Shown: positions 25,051 to 35,553 of the stretch, one piece after another
Position numbering within the stretch: position 1 is the stretch's first letter
Layout of the letters: every line of letters begins with the position of its first letter
DNA from: a virus
Lineage: Duplodnaviria > Caudoviricetes
Virus record (IMG/VR): IMGVR_UViG_3300021962_000022
DNA length: 64,000 nucleotides
Direction: 5' to 3' (one strand)
Notes under the pieces: generated by a model
The model's input: only the letters and a program-made list of their open reading frames with translations
Told to the model about the DNA's origin: nothing
Database searches by the model: none
Made by a program: the position numbers and the translations under genes

Positions 25051-25788
25051 TCACCAATAACCAATATCTTTTTTGAAATATTCTTCGTTTTTCCTATTAA
25101 AAAAGGATTTGATAAGTAATTTGACCATACCCAAATACCCCATTTTCTTGAATCTACGGTCGTCTTGACCAATATAATGTTCAAATATCTTAAATTTTCT
25201 TGGATTGTACTTCTTACTCAGTCCAAAGTCTTCACTGTGATGGTACTCTTCATTGAATTTACCCAACTCTACGAATCTATCTGTTCTTGTCATAAAAAAC
25301 GTACCGACGGCAAATGGGGTGAATTTACTCACTATTTTATTTACAATGTTGAAACTAGCGAACGCTAATTTGGATTTCCAATCACGGGATATAGACCTCA
25401 GCTTAAAGGTTAGAAGGTCTAAGTCTTGGTACATCATTTCTTCCATCGCATCATGGATGGCGGTGTGACTAAACAACTGAGTATCTGCATCCATAAAAAG
25501 AATGTATTCGGTTGTCACTAAGTTACTACCAAGATTTCTCGCTTGGGCAACTCTACCACCATCAATCATTTGGATTTTTAATCTATCTGAATACATGTTA
25601 GATAGATTATTTATAATACCTCTTGTTCTGTCTGTTGAATGATTATCGGCGATTATGACCTTTGTTCCATCAATTAGAACTTGTTTGTAAATTGAGTCAA
25701 TAGTTTTTTTTATGTACTTATCCTCATTATAACAAGGAATCACGATTGTGATTTTATTTTTAATTTTTAGGGGACGGTAAAGTGTCAT
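25051..25788 (-). CDS. glycosyltransferase family 2
   Basis: IVIPCYNE, IIADNHSTDRT, ARNLG and FMDAD motifs. Confidence 0.9.
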   Translation of the reverse strand: MTLYRPLKIKNKITIVIPCYNEDKYIKKTIDSIYKQVLIDGTKVIIADNHSTDRTRGIINNLSNMYSDRLKIQMIDGGRVAQARNLGSNLVTTEYILFMDADTQLFSHTAIHDAMEEMMYQDLDLLTFKLRSISRDWKSKLAFASFNIVNKIVSKFTPFAVGTFFMTRTDRFVELGKFNEEYHHSEDFGLSKKYNPRKFKIFEHYIGQDDRRFKKMGYLGMVKLLIKSFFNRKNEEYFKKDIGYW

Positions 25789-26470
25789 ATTTATGGATTT
25801 TAAATTCACCATTGTTATGTACAATGTACGTATTATTTTCAATCCAATCGCCGCAGTTTAGATATCTAATGTCTTCAATAATCTTATCTTCGGGATTGTG
25901 TATGTGACCACAAATCACAGTGTCACAACCTCTTTTTTTGGCTTGTCTCACCAATTCAACTTCAAAGCTGGTAATGAATTTAACCGCCTCCTTAACGCTA
26001 TCTTTTAAAAACTTAGACAGAGAACGTTTGTGACCAAATTTCTTTAGGGTTTGGTCAATTGAAATTGCTAAATCATATCCTATTGAACCCAATATTCCTA
26101 GCCATTTCAATTTAACAACACCATCGTACATATCACCGTGACAGATAAAAACATTACCGTACTTATATTCGTCACATATTTCAATGTTACCTAAAGATAG
26201 GTCGTTGTATTGTCTCAAAAATTCATCGTGGTTACCTGTTATGTAAATGACTTTAGAACCTCTTTTTGAATGTGACAAAATCTTTCTGATTACATTGGTG
26301 TCGTTTTGTTTCCACCTGAATCTTTTTTGTAACATCCAACCATCAATGATATCCCCAACTAAAAAAAGATAATCGGGTTCATATTTTTTTAAAACATCTA
26401 AAACCATTTCAGAGTTAGAACCCTTGGTTCCAAGATGTACATCTGAAATAAAAAGAGCATCTATTCTCAT
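25760..26470 (-). CDS. LpxH-like UDP-2,3-diacylglucosamine hydrolase family metallophosphoesterase
   Basis: ISDVHLG, LVGDIIDGW, GNHD, HGD, CGHIH and NCGDWIEN motifs. Confidence 0.85.
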   Translation of the reverse strand: MRIDALFISDVHLGTKGSNSEMVLDVLKKYEPDYLFLVGDIIDGWMLQKRFRWKQNDTNVIRKILSHSKRGSKVIYITGNHDEFLRQYNDLSLGNIEICDEYKYGNVFICHGDMYDGVVKLKWLGILGSIGYDLAISIDQTLKKFGHKRSLSKFLKDSVKEAVKFITSFEVELVRQAKKRGCDTVICGHIHNPEDKIIEDIRYLNCGDWIENNTYIVHNNGEFKIHKYDTLPSPKN

Positions 26471-26546
26471 ACCAATAATTATCTGAACAAACTTAAATAA
26501 ATAAAAAAAGGGGAGTTACCTCCCCTTTCATTTATTGTATTAATTT

Positions 26547-27131
26547 TTATTTAATCCTATTGAGTTGTTGTGTAATCAATAGAGACATACCATTTTTTAA
26601 TGATTGCATACTACCTACGTATTGTTCAATGATGGATTCCCAAGTATCGTTGTATGGTTTAGGAACTTTTTGTAAATCTAAGTGTCTCGTTATTATACTG
26701 TTGTCTAATGTTTTAAATGACTCCGCGTTGTAACCTTGGAAAGCAGACATACTCAAAAGTTGTTTAGCAATTACGTCAATAAAATTTGTCCATTTGGTAT
26801 ATGATGTTGTATACTCAATTATCTGTTGATTAGTTAAGGTACCCGCCTTTCTTTTTGGAGCAACATCTGTTTTCCACCAATTGTCTGCCGCATTATATAA
26901 ACCACTCGGTCTCATATCTTCTGTACCATTTACTGTCACAAACGTAGTAAATTTTGTGTCGTCAGTAATTTCAGGTAATTTATACTTTGATTGTGTAGGT
27001 TTTGCGGTTGTTGGTTGTTGTCCTGTGGGTGCAACTTGTTCTGACATGATGGTACCATGAATTCTTTTATGTGACTCATGTAAAGATAGAATTCTATTTT
27101 TTTCTTCTTTTGATAAATTAAAATTAACCAT
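26547..27131 (-). CDS. putative virion/late protein with LxE-type leader
   Basis: N-terminus LSKEEKNRILSLHE...IMSEQ; TATTTATT 17 nt upstream. Confidence 0.7.
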   Translation of the reverse strand: MVNFNLSKEEKNRILSLHESHKRIHGTIMSEQVAPTGQQPTTAKPTQSKYKLPEITDDTKFTTFVTVNGTEDMRPSGLYNAADNWWKTDVAPKRKAGTLTNQQIIEYTTSYTKWTNFIDVIAKQLLSMSAFQGYNAESFKTLDNSIITRHLDLQKVPKPYNDTWESIIEQYVGSMQSLKNGMSLLITQQLNRIK

Positions 27132-27173
27132 TTTCTAAATTGTTTTATAATAAATATTAGAATATTGTAAGAA

Positions 27174-27632
27174 CTACATGTCTAACTCTATAATTTGACC
27201 TTTTTCCCTTCTAAACAGTGTTCTATAAAACCACACGAATAAATGGACTAAAGAAACTTTGAAAATGTAACTATACCGACTATTCATTTCCGTTAAAATA
27301 TAAACAGTAATTAATAGGGAATCATCAAAATGTTTTTTCAATATAAAATACCTGTGATGACCGTCTACAATGTATTTTTTTGAGGTTACATAAATGTGAC
27401 TTTTATTATAGTCAAACCCCTTTTCTAATATTTCGTACTCTATTTGTCTATAAATGGGTTCATTTAATTGTATTGATTTTATATTGCTCTTAATTTCAGA
27501 CAATGGAATTGTAGAAATTTGAACCTTATGACACCACCATTTATTACAAAAATAATCACCCTGATGTCTTTTAAGAAATGGGGATGTATATCTTTTATCA
27601 ATTAATAATTTAACTTTCTCCGAAAAATTCAT
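27174..27632 (-). CDS. ParB/Sulfiredoxin-like domain protein
   Basis: IYVT...IVDGHHRY motif. Confidence 0.65.
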   Translation of the reverse strand: MNFSEKVKLLIDKRYTSPFLKRHQGDYFCNKWWCHKVQISTIPLSEIKSNIKSIQLNEPIYRQIEYEILEKGFDYNKSHIYVTSKKYIVDGHHRYFILKKHFDDSLLITVYILTEMNSRYSYIFKVSLVHLFVWFYRTLFRREKGQIIELDM

Positions 27633-27640
27633 AAAGTAAT

Positions 27641-27844
27641 TTATTCACCTAATTCAAGTTGTTCTTTTTGGTCCAACATTTCATTAAAAACTTTAACAGA
27701 CAAATCAGCCCTAATGTCATCTCTAACACTTTCAAAGGGGTCCAATGATTTTAATCTATTAGCAACCTCGTCTCTCCATTCATGGAAAAATCCTCCATTA
27801 AATGCTAACCAACCATAATGCTCATGAATTTCGGAATTACTCAT
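27641..27844 (-). CDS. hypothetical protein
   Basis: co-oriented ORF. Confidence 0.65.
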   Translation of the reverse strand: MSNSEIHEHYGWLAFNGGFFHEWRDEVANRLKSLDPFESVRDDIRADLSVKVFNEMLDQKEQLELGE

Positions 27845-28067
27845 TAAATTAATAAACTTTATCTTATTAAATATCCCGCTATAAAAGATACTATTATCGA
27901 AACCCAGTAAAAAATAGATTTGAACTTAAATGCCGTAAAATCGTGTTTACCACCTACAGTTAATGATGTGGAGAATAACCACATAACTAATAAAAATAAG
28001 GCGGTTATAGTCATTAAAAATACTTTCATAAGTAAAGTATAAATATTTATCTTTATAATTCAAAGCT

Positions 28068-28484
28068 ATGGTACAAATATCTCAAATAATTCTCCAAAAT
28101 TTAGAAGGTAAATATTTGGTTTACCTCAGGGACAATAATCCCGATATCCCATTCCCTAATCACTGGGACTTAGTTGGTGGTCATGTTGAAAAAAGAGAGA
28201 CACCAATTGAAGCACTTAAAAGGGAAATGATGGAAGAAATTGAACAAAGTACGAATGACTTAAGAAGTTTTTCTTTTTGGAAAAAATATGTTTGTTTAGA
28301 AGGTGACGTAACCCCCAATGTAAAATATCTTTTCCGAGGTGTAATCAATAAACCAATTGAGGAAATCCCGTTAAATGAAGGTCAATACCTGAGATTCGTT
28401 ACTCAGGATGAATTGTTAGAATTGAATTTTGCTAACGTGATGGGTCAAATACTTCGTGACTTTGTTAGTTCAGGTTCTAATTAG
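28068..28484 (+). CDS. NUDIX hydrolase
   Basis: GGHVEKRETPIEALKREMMEEI Nudix box. Confidence 0.9.
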   Translation: MVQISQIILQNLEGKYLVYLRDNNPDIPFPNHWDLVGGHVEKRETPIEALKREMMEEIEQSTNDLRSFSFWKKYVCLEGDVTPNVKYLFRGVINKPIEEIPLNEGQYLRFVTQDELLELNFANVMGQILRDFVSSGSN

Positions 28485-29020
28485 TATTTCAAAATTGTGA
28501 AATGACTTTGGTAATTCTTTCTTGGGATAAGGTACATGTGTGACCTCTTTTCTTCAGGAATAAGGGTGTTTGTACCAGCGTAAACCTCATCACCACCAAT
28601 CTTTATATTAAAGTTATTTTCGGAAATTAGTTTCCTTAATTTTTCAGTTTTGATTATCCACACTTCACCTATGTTCATGAACACAATTACCCACAAATCT
28701 GATTTGGTAACCATGATTCCACTGTCTTTTCCGTGCATTCTAAATTCAATACACAGATTCCCTGTATCAATACCAGGAAAATAAGCACCATTTGGTAAAG
28801 TTTTCCCGGGTTGTACCCACTTATCTTCAGTCTTAACCTCGGCAATTACGTTTGATTTTGTTGGGAAATCGAATATTAAATCAAACTCTTTGTGGTTACC
28901 AATTTCTTTTTCACTTTTACCAACACATTTTGCGTTGTATTCCTTTTCAAATAAATCAATTACAACTTGTTCGTTGGTCAATCCTATTTTTATATCCTCA
29001 TGAAAATTGAGACTCCCCAT
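28481..29020 (-). CDS. PD-(D/E)XK-type nuclease-fold protein
   Basis: FDLI...AEVK...TGNLCIEF...SGI..TKSD.W motifs. Confidence 0.6.
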   Translation of the reverse strand: MGSLNFHEDIKIGLTNEQVVIDLFEKEYNAKCVGKSEKEIGNHKEFDLIFDFPTKSNVIAEVKTEDKWVQPGKTLPNGAYFPGIDTGNLCIEFRMHGKDSGIMVTKSDLWVIVFMNIGEVWIIKTEKLRKLISENNFNIKIGGDEVYAGTNTLIPEEKRSHMYLIPRKNYQSHFTILKY

Positions 29021-29091
29021 TATCCGTATTTAAATAATAAATTTTTTCGTAATGTTCCCACCACAAGATATCCTCTTGTTCAGGTGTTAAA

Positions 29092-29328
29092 TTACTTGTT
29101 GTTACATTCACAGTGTCCTGCGTGGGTGATTCCTGAACCATGACTTCTATCAATTATTAAATATGTGTGACCTTTATGGTTCCATTCATACACTCTGTAA
29201 TCAGATTGATTGGGAAGATTAATTGATTGTGGTGTATTTTTTTCAGTCATTACCTGACGAGCGTTAGGTTCACCACACGAACTTGTACTTAGAACAAGTA
29301 AGATGAATATTATATTAATTAATCTCAT
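29092..29328 (-). CDS. putative lipoprotein
   Basis: signal ending LSTSSC; GITHAGHC motif. Confidence 0.7.
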   Translation of the reverse strand: MRLINIIFILLVLSTSSCGEPNARQVMTEKNTPQSINLPNQSDYRVYEWNHKGHTYLIIDRSHGSGITHAGHCECNNK

Positions 29329-30187
29329 CTAGTTGAATTTCAATTTCTTGTTGTCCATCTTTTATAACCTGACTACCATCAGCCATTCGATAAAACTTGA
29401 ACAAAACATATTTATCACCTTCATTTGTTTGGAAGTGTGTGTGTTTTGTGTATGGGTTTGGTGCCATATCATGGTAAATATTTTTCCATATTATCGCCTC
29501 TCCTTTTACCGGTTTAACACTTCTATCTATAGAGTGGAATGTTAAGTGACCACCATCAGTAATGTTATTCAATGATACTTGGATACTCCACATCCTGTGA
29601 CCCATACGAGGAAAAAGTTTATCGTTTTCCACATCAGGAGGTATAGTAAAATCAAACCTTTCCTCATACAAGAATTCGGGAGTTATTTTTTGAATATAAA
29701 TGTCTTCACCATAAGAATCTAACATACCAACAATACTATTCAATCTTTCATTGATGGTTTTATATATGTCAGATTTTTTATCCAAATTATAAATTAAATT
29801 TTGTTTCGCGTCTTTTGATTTCTTTTGTGAATTTAATTTCTTATCCGTCATTGAAATTAAGTCGTCACATTCCTGAATAGTTAATATCTCAGGAAAATGA
29901 TAAATCTCAACTAAATTATTTTCAATTCTGTACGCTCTCGGATTATCACACAAAGATTTATTATATGGGTATAATTCAACTTCGTATGGTTGATTCAGAT
30001 TTTCTTGGGTGTACTGTCGTTGCCAAATTAATGCGTTCGTTGGTTCAATTTCCAATTCTTTTTTAATCAAATTGTATTCGAAACCATTATTGAGTAAAAC
30101 ATTGAAGATGGATTCTTTATCATATCCGTTCACGATGTTTGACCAAATCCATAATTTCCATTCGGGTGATAGGGTTCTGTTAATCAT
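29315..30187 (-). CDS. 2OG-Fe(II) prolyl-hydroxylase-like protein with degenerate HxD
   Basis: LNN..DGG.LTF...P.KG.A..WKN...H...GDKY..K..R scaffold; RFD in place of HxD. Confidence 0.7.
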   Translation of the reverse strand: MINRTLSPEWKLWIWSNIVNGYDKESIFNVLLNNGFEYNLIKKELEIEPTNALIWQRQYTQENLNQPYEVELYPYNKSLCDNPRAYRIENNLVEIYHFPEILTIQECDDLISMTDKKLNSQKKSKDAKQNLIYNLDKKSDIYKTINERLNSIVGMLDSYGEDIYIQKITPEFLYEERFDFTIPPDVENDKLFPRMGHRMWSIQVSLNNITDGGHLTFHSIDRSVKPVKGEAIIWKNIYHDMAPNPYTKHTHFQTNEGDKYVLFKFYRMADGSQVIKDGQQEIEIQLDEIN

Positions 30188-30190
30188 ATA

Positions 30191-30445
30191 TTATTTTTTT
30201 ACTTTTCTTTCAATTATAGTGATAGTGTCACCTTTGCTGTAACATCTATATGTGGTTATTTTTATTTTTGGTTCTCTTAGATATACTTTCCAATATGGTG
30301 TGGTTTGTAGGGTGTTATCTTGACCAACACCGTGATATTCTACGGAATCAATTACACATTTTACTTTGGTGTCTTCATACGTGGATTTATATTTACAAGA
30401 CATAAAAATTACGCCGAGAAATAATATCAGTGTTAATTTTTTCAT
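30191..30445 (-). CDS. putative lipoprotein
   Basis: signal ending VIFMSC. Confidence 0.7.
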   Translation of the reverse strand: MKKLTLILFLGVIFMSCKYKSTYEDTKVKCVIDSVEYHGVGQDNTLQTTPYWKVYLREPKIKITTYRCYSKGDTITIIERKVKK

Positions 30446-30481
30446 ATTCTAATTATAATGTATTTTTTTCAAAAAACAAAA

Positions 30482-30736
30482 TTAAACTTCAAGGAAACAA
30501 TTATTTCTTGAAAGGGCAATTAGTTTTATGTGTTTCAAACATTCACCATCCGCCCTGACCATTGCTCCGTACAAGTCGTTATTTACAACACATTGTACAA
30601 AACTACCACCAACAGGACCAATACCATCTCTTGTCCTCATAACGGACACAATAATATTGATTATGTGTTCACTAACACTTCCTGATTCGTATCTGTTTAC
30701 GAAGTCTACCGCTGCTTTATATAATTTATCGTCCAT
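30482..30736 (-). CDS. conserved phage hypothetical protein
   Basis: GGSFVQ.VVNNDL..A..RAD motif. Confidence 0.75.
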   Translation of the reverse strand: MDDKLYKAAVDFVNRYESGSVSEHIINIIVSVMRTRDGIGPVGGSFVQCVVNNDLYGAMVRADGECLKHIKLIALSRNNCFLEV

Positions 30737-30741
30737 AAGTT

Positions 30742-31230
30742 TTAATTGTCAAACCAAAATACAACTCTAAATGCGTTTTCCTTTACAGTATATCTTTTTT
30801 CATCATCATTTGTTATCCAAAATTCTTCTCTGAATCTATTTTCCATAGGTTGAACGAAGTAAGATAGTGTGGTTACAATTTCCTCATTGTCTGAGTTGTT
30901 GTATAGATAATCTTTGAGTTCTTTTAATGTATAATAAGATGGCGTGTGAGCGTCTCGACCCCATTTTTCAAACTCTTTTCGTGTGGTGTCCGTCACATCC
31001 TCTGGCAATCCACGAGGTTCATCAATTGGGTCATGGGAACCCCTAACTTCAGCAAGAATACTAAACAAATCATAGTTCCTTCCCCAATAAAATGATATTA
31101 ATTCATATTCGCGTTCATCCTCATAAACACCAAAGTTTGGGTTTATCTGCCAATGGTCCACATTGACCCACTTGTTTACCCCGTTTACCGAAGTGTACTT
31201 TTCTAAATAAGCATGTATATCGCATCCCAT
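30742..31230 (-). CDS. conserved phage hypothetical protein
   Basis: MGCDIH...RNY.LF..LA.VR...PRGLP.D...HTPS..TL.EL motifs. Confidence 0.8.
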   Translation of the reverse strand: MGCDIHAYLEKYTSVNGVNKWVNVDHWQINPNFGVYEDEREYELISFYWGRNYDLFSILAEVRGSHDPIDEPRGLPEDVTDTTRKEFEKWGRDAHTPSYYTLKELKDYLYNNSDNEEIVTTLSYFVQPMENRFREEFWITNDDEKRYTVKENAFRVVFWFDN

Positions 31231-31266
31231 GGTTCAAATATAATAAAAGTGTTTTAAATTATCAAT

Positions 31267-33183
31267 TTAGTATTGAGATATTTTACCCAATTTCGTGATT
31301 TTATTACCTCTAAATTGGCTGTGGTCTTTAATTATTGCGTAAAAACAAACCTTGGAGTTTACCCCAACATCACTGCTGTGTCGACCTGATAGGTATTCAT
31401 CACTTATCTCGCCCCATTTAGTAAAGATATTTCCATTTTTATCTACTAAATCATAAACCACATCTTTTCCTCCGTATTGAGAGTCTACCATTCTTTTATC
31501 AGACACCGTCAACTCCAAATACATTTTCATACCGGGTTTACCAATATGATTACTTATTTTAATTTTTGACGCATCAATTTCTCTTGTCTTATGACTTGTG
31601 AATGCGTCGAAATCGGTAACAAAACCTAATGTTGTTTTTGCCCTTGTGTAAGCAACATATTCAAGGTTCCTCTCCTGTTCAATTTGCCAAGGTAAGATTG
31701 CATATTTTGATGGGAATAAGTCGGGGTGAATAATAAAAACTCTTTCCGCTTCGAGACCTTTTGATTTATGTACATTACTAAGACAAATACCACTTTTCTT
31801 ATCGTCAGAAAATATGTCCTCTATCTTTTTAACCACAACCATGGGGTCATCAATACCATGTGATAAAGCTTCAATAACTTGAATCTTTTCACCCAAAAGG
31901 ATTACCTGACTATCTTCGAGAGCTTCATTCCTTTTCATGGTATGATTTGACATTATTTTCTCAATTAACTTTTCTTTGTCTTTGATTAAACAACATAATA
32001 CGTTTGTCATGTTATATTCTTCACTCTTCCTATTACAATTCAATATCATAGTCTTCAAAGACTTACCGATATCTGAACCAATGATGTAAGATTTTTTACC
32101 CTCACTCAATAACCTTACACATAAGGCCACCACAGGAAATGTATTCCTACATAAAACCATGTCACCATCTTGTATATCCTTGTAAGAAAAGTTCTCAACA
32201 ACTCTACCCGGTCTATTCTTAGTGTGAGCAATGATTGCCGGATTCAAGTGTCTAACCAAATTAAGAATTTCAGGTGAAACCCTATAGGTATAAGATAGAG
32301 GTAGTTCAATGGTATTTGGTAAATCTTTTAATTTCTGATATGACTCGTGGTCGGCACCCGCGAAACCATAAATTGCTTGCTTCGGGTCACCAACTGCAAT
32401 GAATCTACCACCATCAGATTTCATAGCCTTCTGCATCAGAAATCTATGACAGGTATTTAAATCCTGACACTCATCGATAAAAACAAAATCATAAGTTTCA
32501 CCTTGGTGATTTAAAAGGATTGGTAAAGAAATCATATCAGTATAATCAAGAACCTTAAGATATGACATCCCTAATTTTGAGAGGTACCAAGCAACCGTGG
32601 ATTCCCCATCTTGATTATTAATTGAGTGGACTTCGGCAATCTTGTTTATCTCACCAACACCAATTGGTTTTATCTCGAAATTAACTAAATGTTGTCTTGA
32701 TAAATTACAGAGGGATACCACATCACTAGCAAATTTATATTTGTCAATATTCTCACCTTGTGATGCATCAAATATGTTTTTAATGTATTTGTATTGTTCT
32801 TCATTAAAACCATATTTGTCAAGACCATCAGGTTTCTCCCCATTGAAAAAATTAACTATGTCCCAAAAAAGATTACGGTATTTTAAACTCTTTTCATCTA
32901 CAGCACAATCGTACATATTCCTCATGATTGTGTAACCAAAACCATGGACGGTCTTTACGTCGATATTTTTATTTTCAGGAATTCTTTTTTTCAACTCATC
33001 TCTAATACTGACATTGAATGCTAAAAATAATACCGACTTATCTTCAGGTATCAAATCCAATGCTTTCAACAATGTGGTTGTTTTACCACTGCCGGCAACA
33101 GCGGAAACTACCGCGTTGCGATTGTCTTTTAAGATGAAATTAAAAATATCCTTTTGATATTTGCTCGGTACGAATTTAGCCAT
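31267..33183 (-). CDS. UvrD/Rep-family SF1A helicase with C-terminal extension
   Basis: AGSGKT, DECQD, VGDPKQAIYGF, HKSKGLE and ERNLEYVAYTRAK motifs. Confidence 0.92.
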   Translation of the reverse strand: MAKFVPSKYQKDIFNFILKDNRNAVVSAVAGSGKTTTLLKALDLIPEDKSVLFLAFNVSIRDELKKRIPENKNIDVKTVHGFGYTIMRNMYDCAVDEKSLKYRNLFWDIVNFFNGEKPDGLDKYGFNEEQYKYIKNIFDASQGENIDKYKFASDVVSLCNLSRQHLVNFEIKPIGVGEINKIAEVHSINNQDGESTVAWYLSKLGMSYLKVLDYTDMISLPILLNHQGETYDFVFIDECQDLNTCHRFLMQKAMKSDGGRFIAVGDPKQAIYGFAGADHESYQKLKDLPNTIELPLSYTYRVSPEILNLVRHLNPAIIAHTKNRPGRVVENFSYKDIQDGDMVLCRNTFPVVALCVRLLSEGKKSYIIGSDIGKSLKTMILNCNRKSEEYNMTNVLCCLIKDKEKLIEKIMSNHTMKRNEALEDSQVILLGEKIQVIEALSHGIDDPMVVVKKIEDIFSDDKKSGICLSNVHKSKGLEAERVFIIHPDLFPSKYAILPWQIEQERNLEYVAYTRAKTTLGFVTDFDAFTSHKTREIDASKIKISNHIGKPGMKMYLELTVSDKRMVDSQYGGKDVVYDLVDKNGNIFTKWGEISDEYLSGRHSSDVGVNSKVCFYAIIKDHSQFRGNKITKLGKISQY

Positions 33184-33184
33184 T

Positions 33185-33403
33185 TTATTTTTCAATAAAC
33201 ATATTTGTATGTGAAATCGGAACTCTTAAGACGGGTGCATTTTTTTCCTCAACCTCCATTTTTTTCATGACTTCATAATAACCGTTTTCGGATACTCTAA
33301 CGGTTGGTACATTAGTAATAATGTCTAATAATTTGGTGTGACTTTTTTCACCTTCGTAAAGTTTAACTTCTTTGTTTGTTGTGTTAAAAACTAGTGTTTG
33401 CAT
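33185..33403 (-). CDS. hypothetical protein
   Basis: co-oriented ORF. Confidence 0.7.
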   Translation of the reverse strand: MQTLVFNTTNKEVKLYEGEKSHTKLLDIITNVPTVRVSENGYYEVMKKMEVEEKNAPVLRVPISHTNMFIEK

Positions 33404-33409
33404 GTTATT

Positions 33410-34519
33410 TTATTTTATGTTTATTAAATATTTTTTGAATAATTCATGTTGAACGGACACACAGATTCGAGAATATGATGACCACAAATCCTTGTCGTGA
33501 TAAACAAACTTATCAAGACCCACGGCACCGATTCTATGTTGAAACAAATAATCTTCTGATTTATTGATAACAGCAAAAATACCCATGGGTGACGTGTCAC
33601 CATAAATCTCTTTCACCAGTAAATCTTTTTCTTTGAGGTATTCAATATTTTTTCTAATGTTATTTGTGGTAACTTCCTTGAATATGTTGAGTGATGTTCT
33701 TCCCTCGGGAGTTGTTAAAACCTTTTCAATAATCATTTGAGAAGGTGAACAGACTGCATTAAATTCATAGAGTAATCTAATGTTTAGTTCTGAATTAAAG
33801 TCCTTATCCTTACAAAAAATAAAACCCATTCTCAATCCGGATAACCCCACCCATTTTGAAAATGATTCGGTAATGATTATGTTATCCAAATGGGCCACCT
33901 TATCAAAAAAGTCATCATCGTAAAATAATTTTCTGTACGGTGAATCAAAGATGATAATGGCTCCTGTCATAGATATCTCATATATCTTTCTGAATAGTAT
34001 ATTATCATCCATCTTAACTCCCGTAGGGTTATTTGGGTCACAGATAAAAATACAAGAAGACTCACTCAAAGTCGATGGGTCAATGAATTCTAACGATTCG
34101 TAAAAAGAAAAAGACTTCTGTCTTATGGTTGCCATCTTAGAATACGAACCCCAATAAAATTGTGGAAAGTAAATGTTCTCAACATTCAGTAATTGAATTA
34201 CCAAATCTAAAGCCGGCATACCACCCGGTGTAATTGCAATATTGTTAATGAAATTAGGTGAGTTCACAAACGAAGGAAAGTACTCAGAAACTATTGAGTT
34301 TCTAAATGATTCAATACCTAAGTTCGGTGCATATACTTGAAATTCTTTTGAGTTGAAATCAATCTGACTCATAACTTCAGTCAAGTCGATTTCTGTTACC
34401 GCATTAACTCCTCTGTTTAATTCAAGATAAGTGTTACCTGATTCGTTTGCCGCTCTTTTAACTTTTTGACCGATACCAACTATAGAAGAAAAGGTCGCAT
34501 TTGATATGTTTACTTTCAT
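33410..34519 (-). CDS. PLP-dependent aminotransferase class I/II
   Basis: DPNNPTG, IIFDSPY and ESFSKWVGLSGLRMG motifs. Confidence 0.88.
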   Translation of the reverse strand: MKVNISNATFSSIVGIGQKVKRAANESGNTYLELNRGVNAVTEIDLTEVMSQIDFNSKEFQVYAPNLGIESFRNSIVSEYFPSFVNSPNFINNIAITPGGMPALDLVIQLLNVENIYFPQFYWGSYSKMATIRQKSFSFYESLEFIDPSTLSESSCIFICDPNNPTGVKMDDNILFRKIYEISMTGAIIIFDSPYRKLFYDDDFFDKVAHLDNIIITESFSKWVGLSGLRMGFIFCKDKDFNSELNIRLLYEFNAVCSPSQMIIEKVLTTPEGRTSLNIFKEVTTNNIRKNIEYLKEKDLLVKEIYGDTSPMGIFAVINKSEDYLFQHRIGAVGLDKFVYHDKDLWSSYSRICVSVQHELFKKYLINIK

Positions 34520-34624
34520 TATATTCCTTATTAATGTTCATCCATCAATAATAAAATATAATAAAAAGAATTCAGTTTTCCAAAATGTATCTAAAAAAAA
34601 TTCCCCATGGAGGGGAATTTGTTG

Positions 34625-34945
34625 TTATGGTTTTTCAAACACCACAGAATCAATCGTTTTATTTATCCAACATTTTGTGGTGTCACCAATCTTTGCTGGT
34701 TTGTTTGTTAGAATTGTTACACCGTTTTCAAAAGTTACGTGATATTGATTTGTAAAGATTTCTTCGCAACTCATAACAGGAATTGGTTCCCAATTACCGG
34801 TTGGTTGTGTGACCTCTTCATTTACCAATTTATCTTCAACATGAATACTTTCATTATGTGAGTTACTTCTATTTAAAAATAGTATACCACAAAAAACTAA
34901 TATTATTATTAAAACTAATAAAAATTTAATTTGTTTTGATATCAT
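34625..34945 (-). CDS. membrane-anchored hypothetical protein
   Basis: N-terminal TM helix. Confidence 0.65.
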   Translation of the reverse strand: MISKQIKFLLVLIIILVFCGILFLNRSNSHNESIHVEDKLVNEEVTQPTGNWEPIPVMSCEEIFTNQYHVTFENGVTILTNKPAKIGDTTKCWINKTIDSVVFEKP

Positions 34946-35512
34946 TTAGAATTTTTCTTTCAGTTTTTCGGTCTCTATTATGTCTTTTACTAATTTGACG
35001 TACCCATCACCAGCTTCGGCATAAGTACTTGATAAATATAAATAGTAATCATTTTCGGTGTTTATTTGACCTAAGTAACGACATTGGTAAAATGCGTAAT
35101 CATACACTGATTGATACCAATTATCATAATATGCGTGACCATTTTGTGTTCCTTTTGCGGTATTGATTCTCACCGTCGCTTGTTTCATACCAAACAAATT
35201 GTGATTCTCTTTGAACACCTGACTTTTATAATGTCCTGTTTCGGCAATTGCCTGTGCCATCACAATATATGGAAACTTAACATTCAACCGTTTTAACTCT
35301 GATATGAATTTTTCTTCAGAGAATTTATTCTTTTCTTTTTCTAAAGAAATAACTATTAGTTCCTTTTCGTAGGTGTCTAAACTTTTGAATCTAATGAATC
35401 GACCCAAAATAAAAGAAGAAATAACCAATACGATTACAACCGAAAGGGCTATCTTAACCTTTTTCCAATCCTTTTTCCAAAGGAGTGAGGAATTATCATA
35501 CTTGTAAAACAT
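34946..35512 (-). CDS. membrane-anchored glucosaminidase (GH73-like) cell-wall hydrolase
   Basis: TM helix then AQAIAETG...NHNLFGMK...Y..W..SV.DY...YAE. Confidence 0.8.
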   Translation of the reverse strand: MFYKYDNSSLLWKKDWKKVKIALSVVIVLVISSFILGRFIRFKSLDTYEKELIVISLEKEKNKFSEEKFISELKRLNVKFPYIVMAQAIAETGHYKSQVFKENHNLFGMKQATVRINTAKGTQNGHAYYDNWYQSVYDYAFYQCRYLGQINTENDYYLYLSSTYAEAGDGYVKLVKDIIETEKLKEKF

Positions 35513-35553
35513 AATTTTTGTGTTTGAGGATTAGACAATTATTGTTCCAGTTT

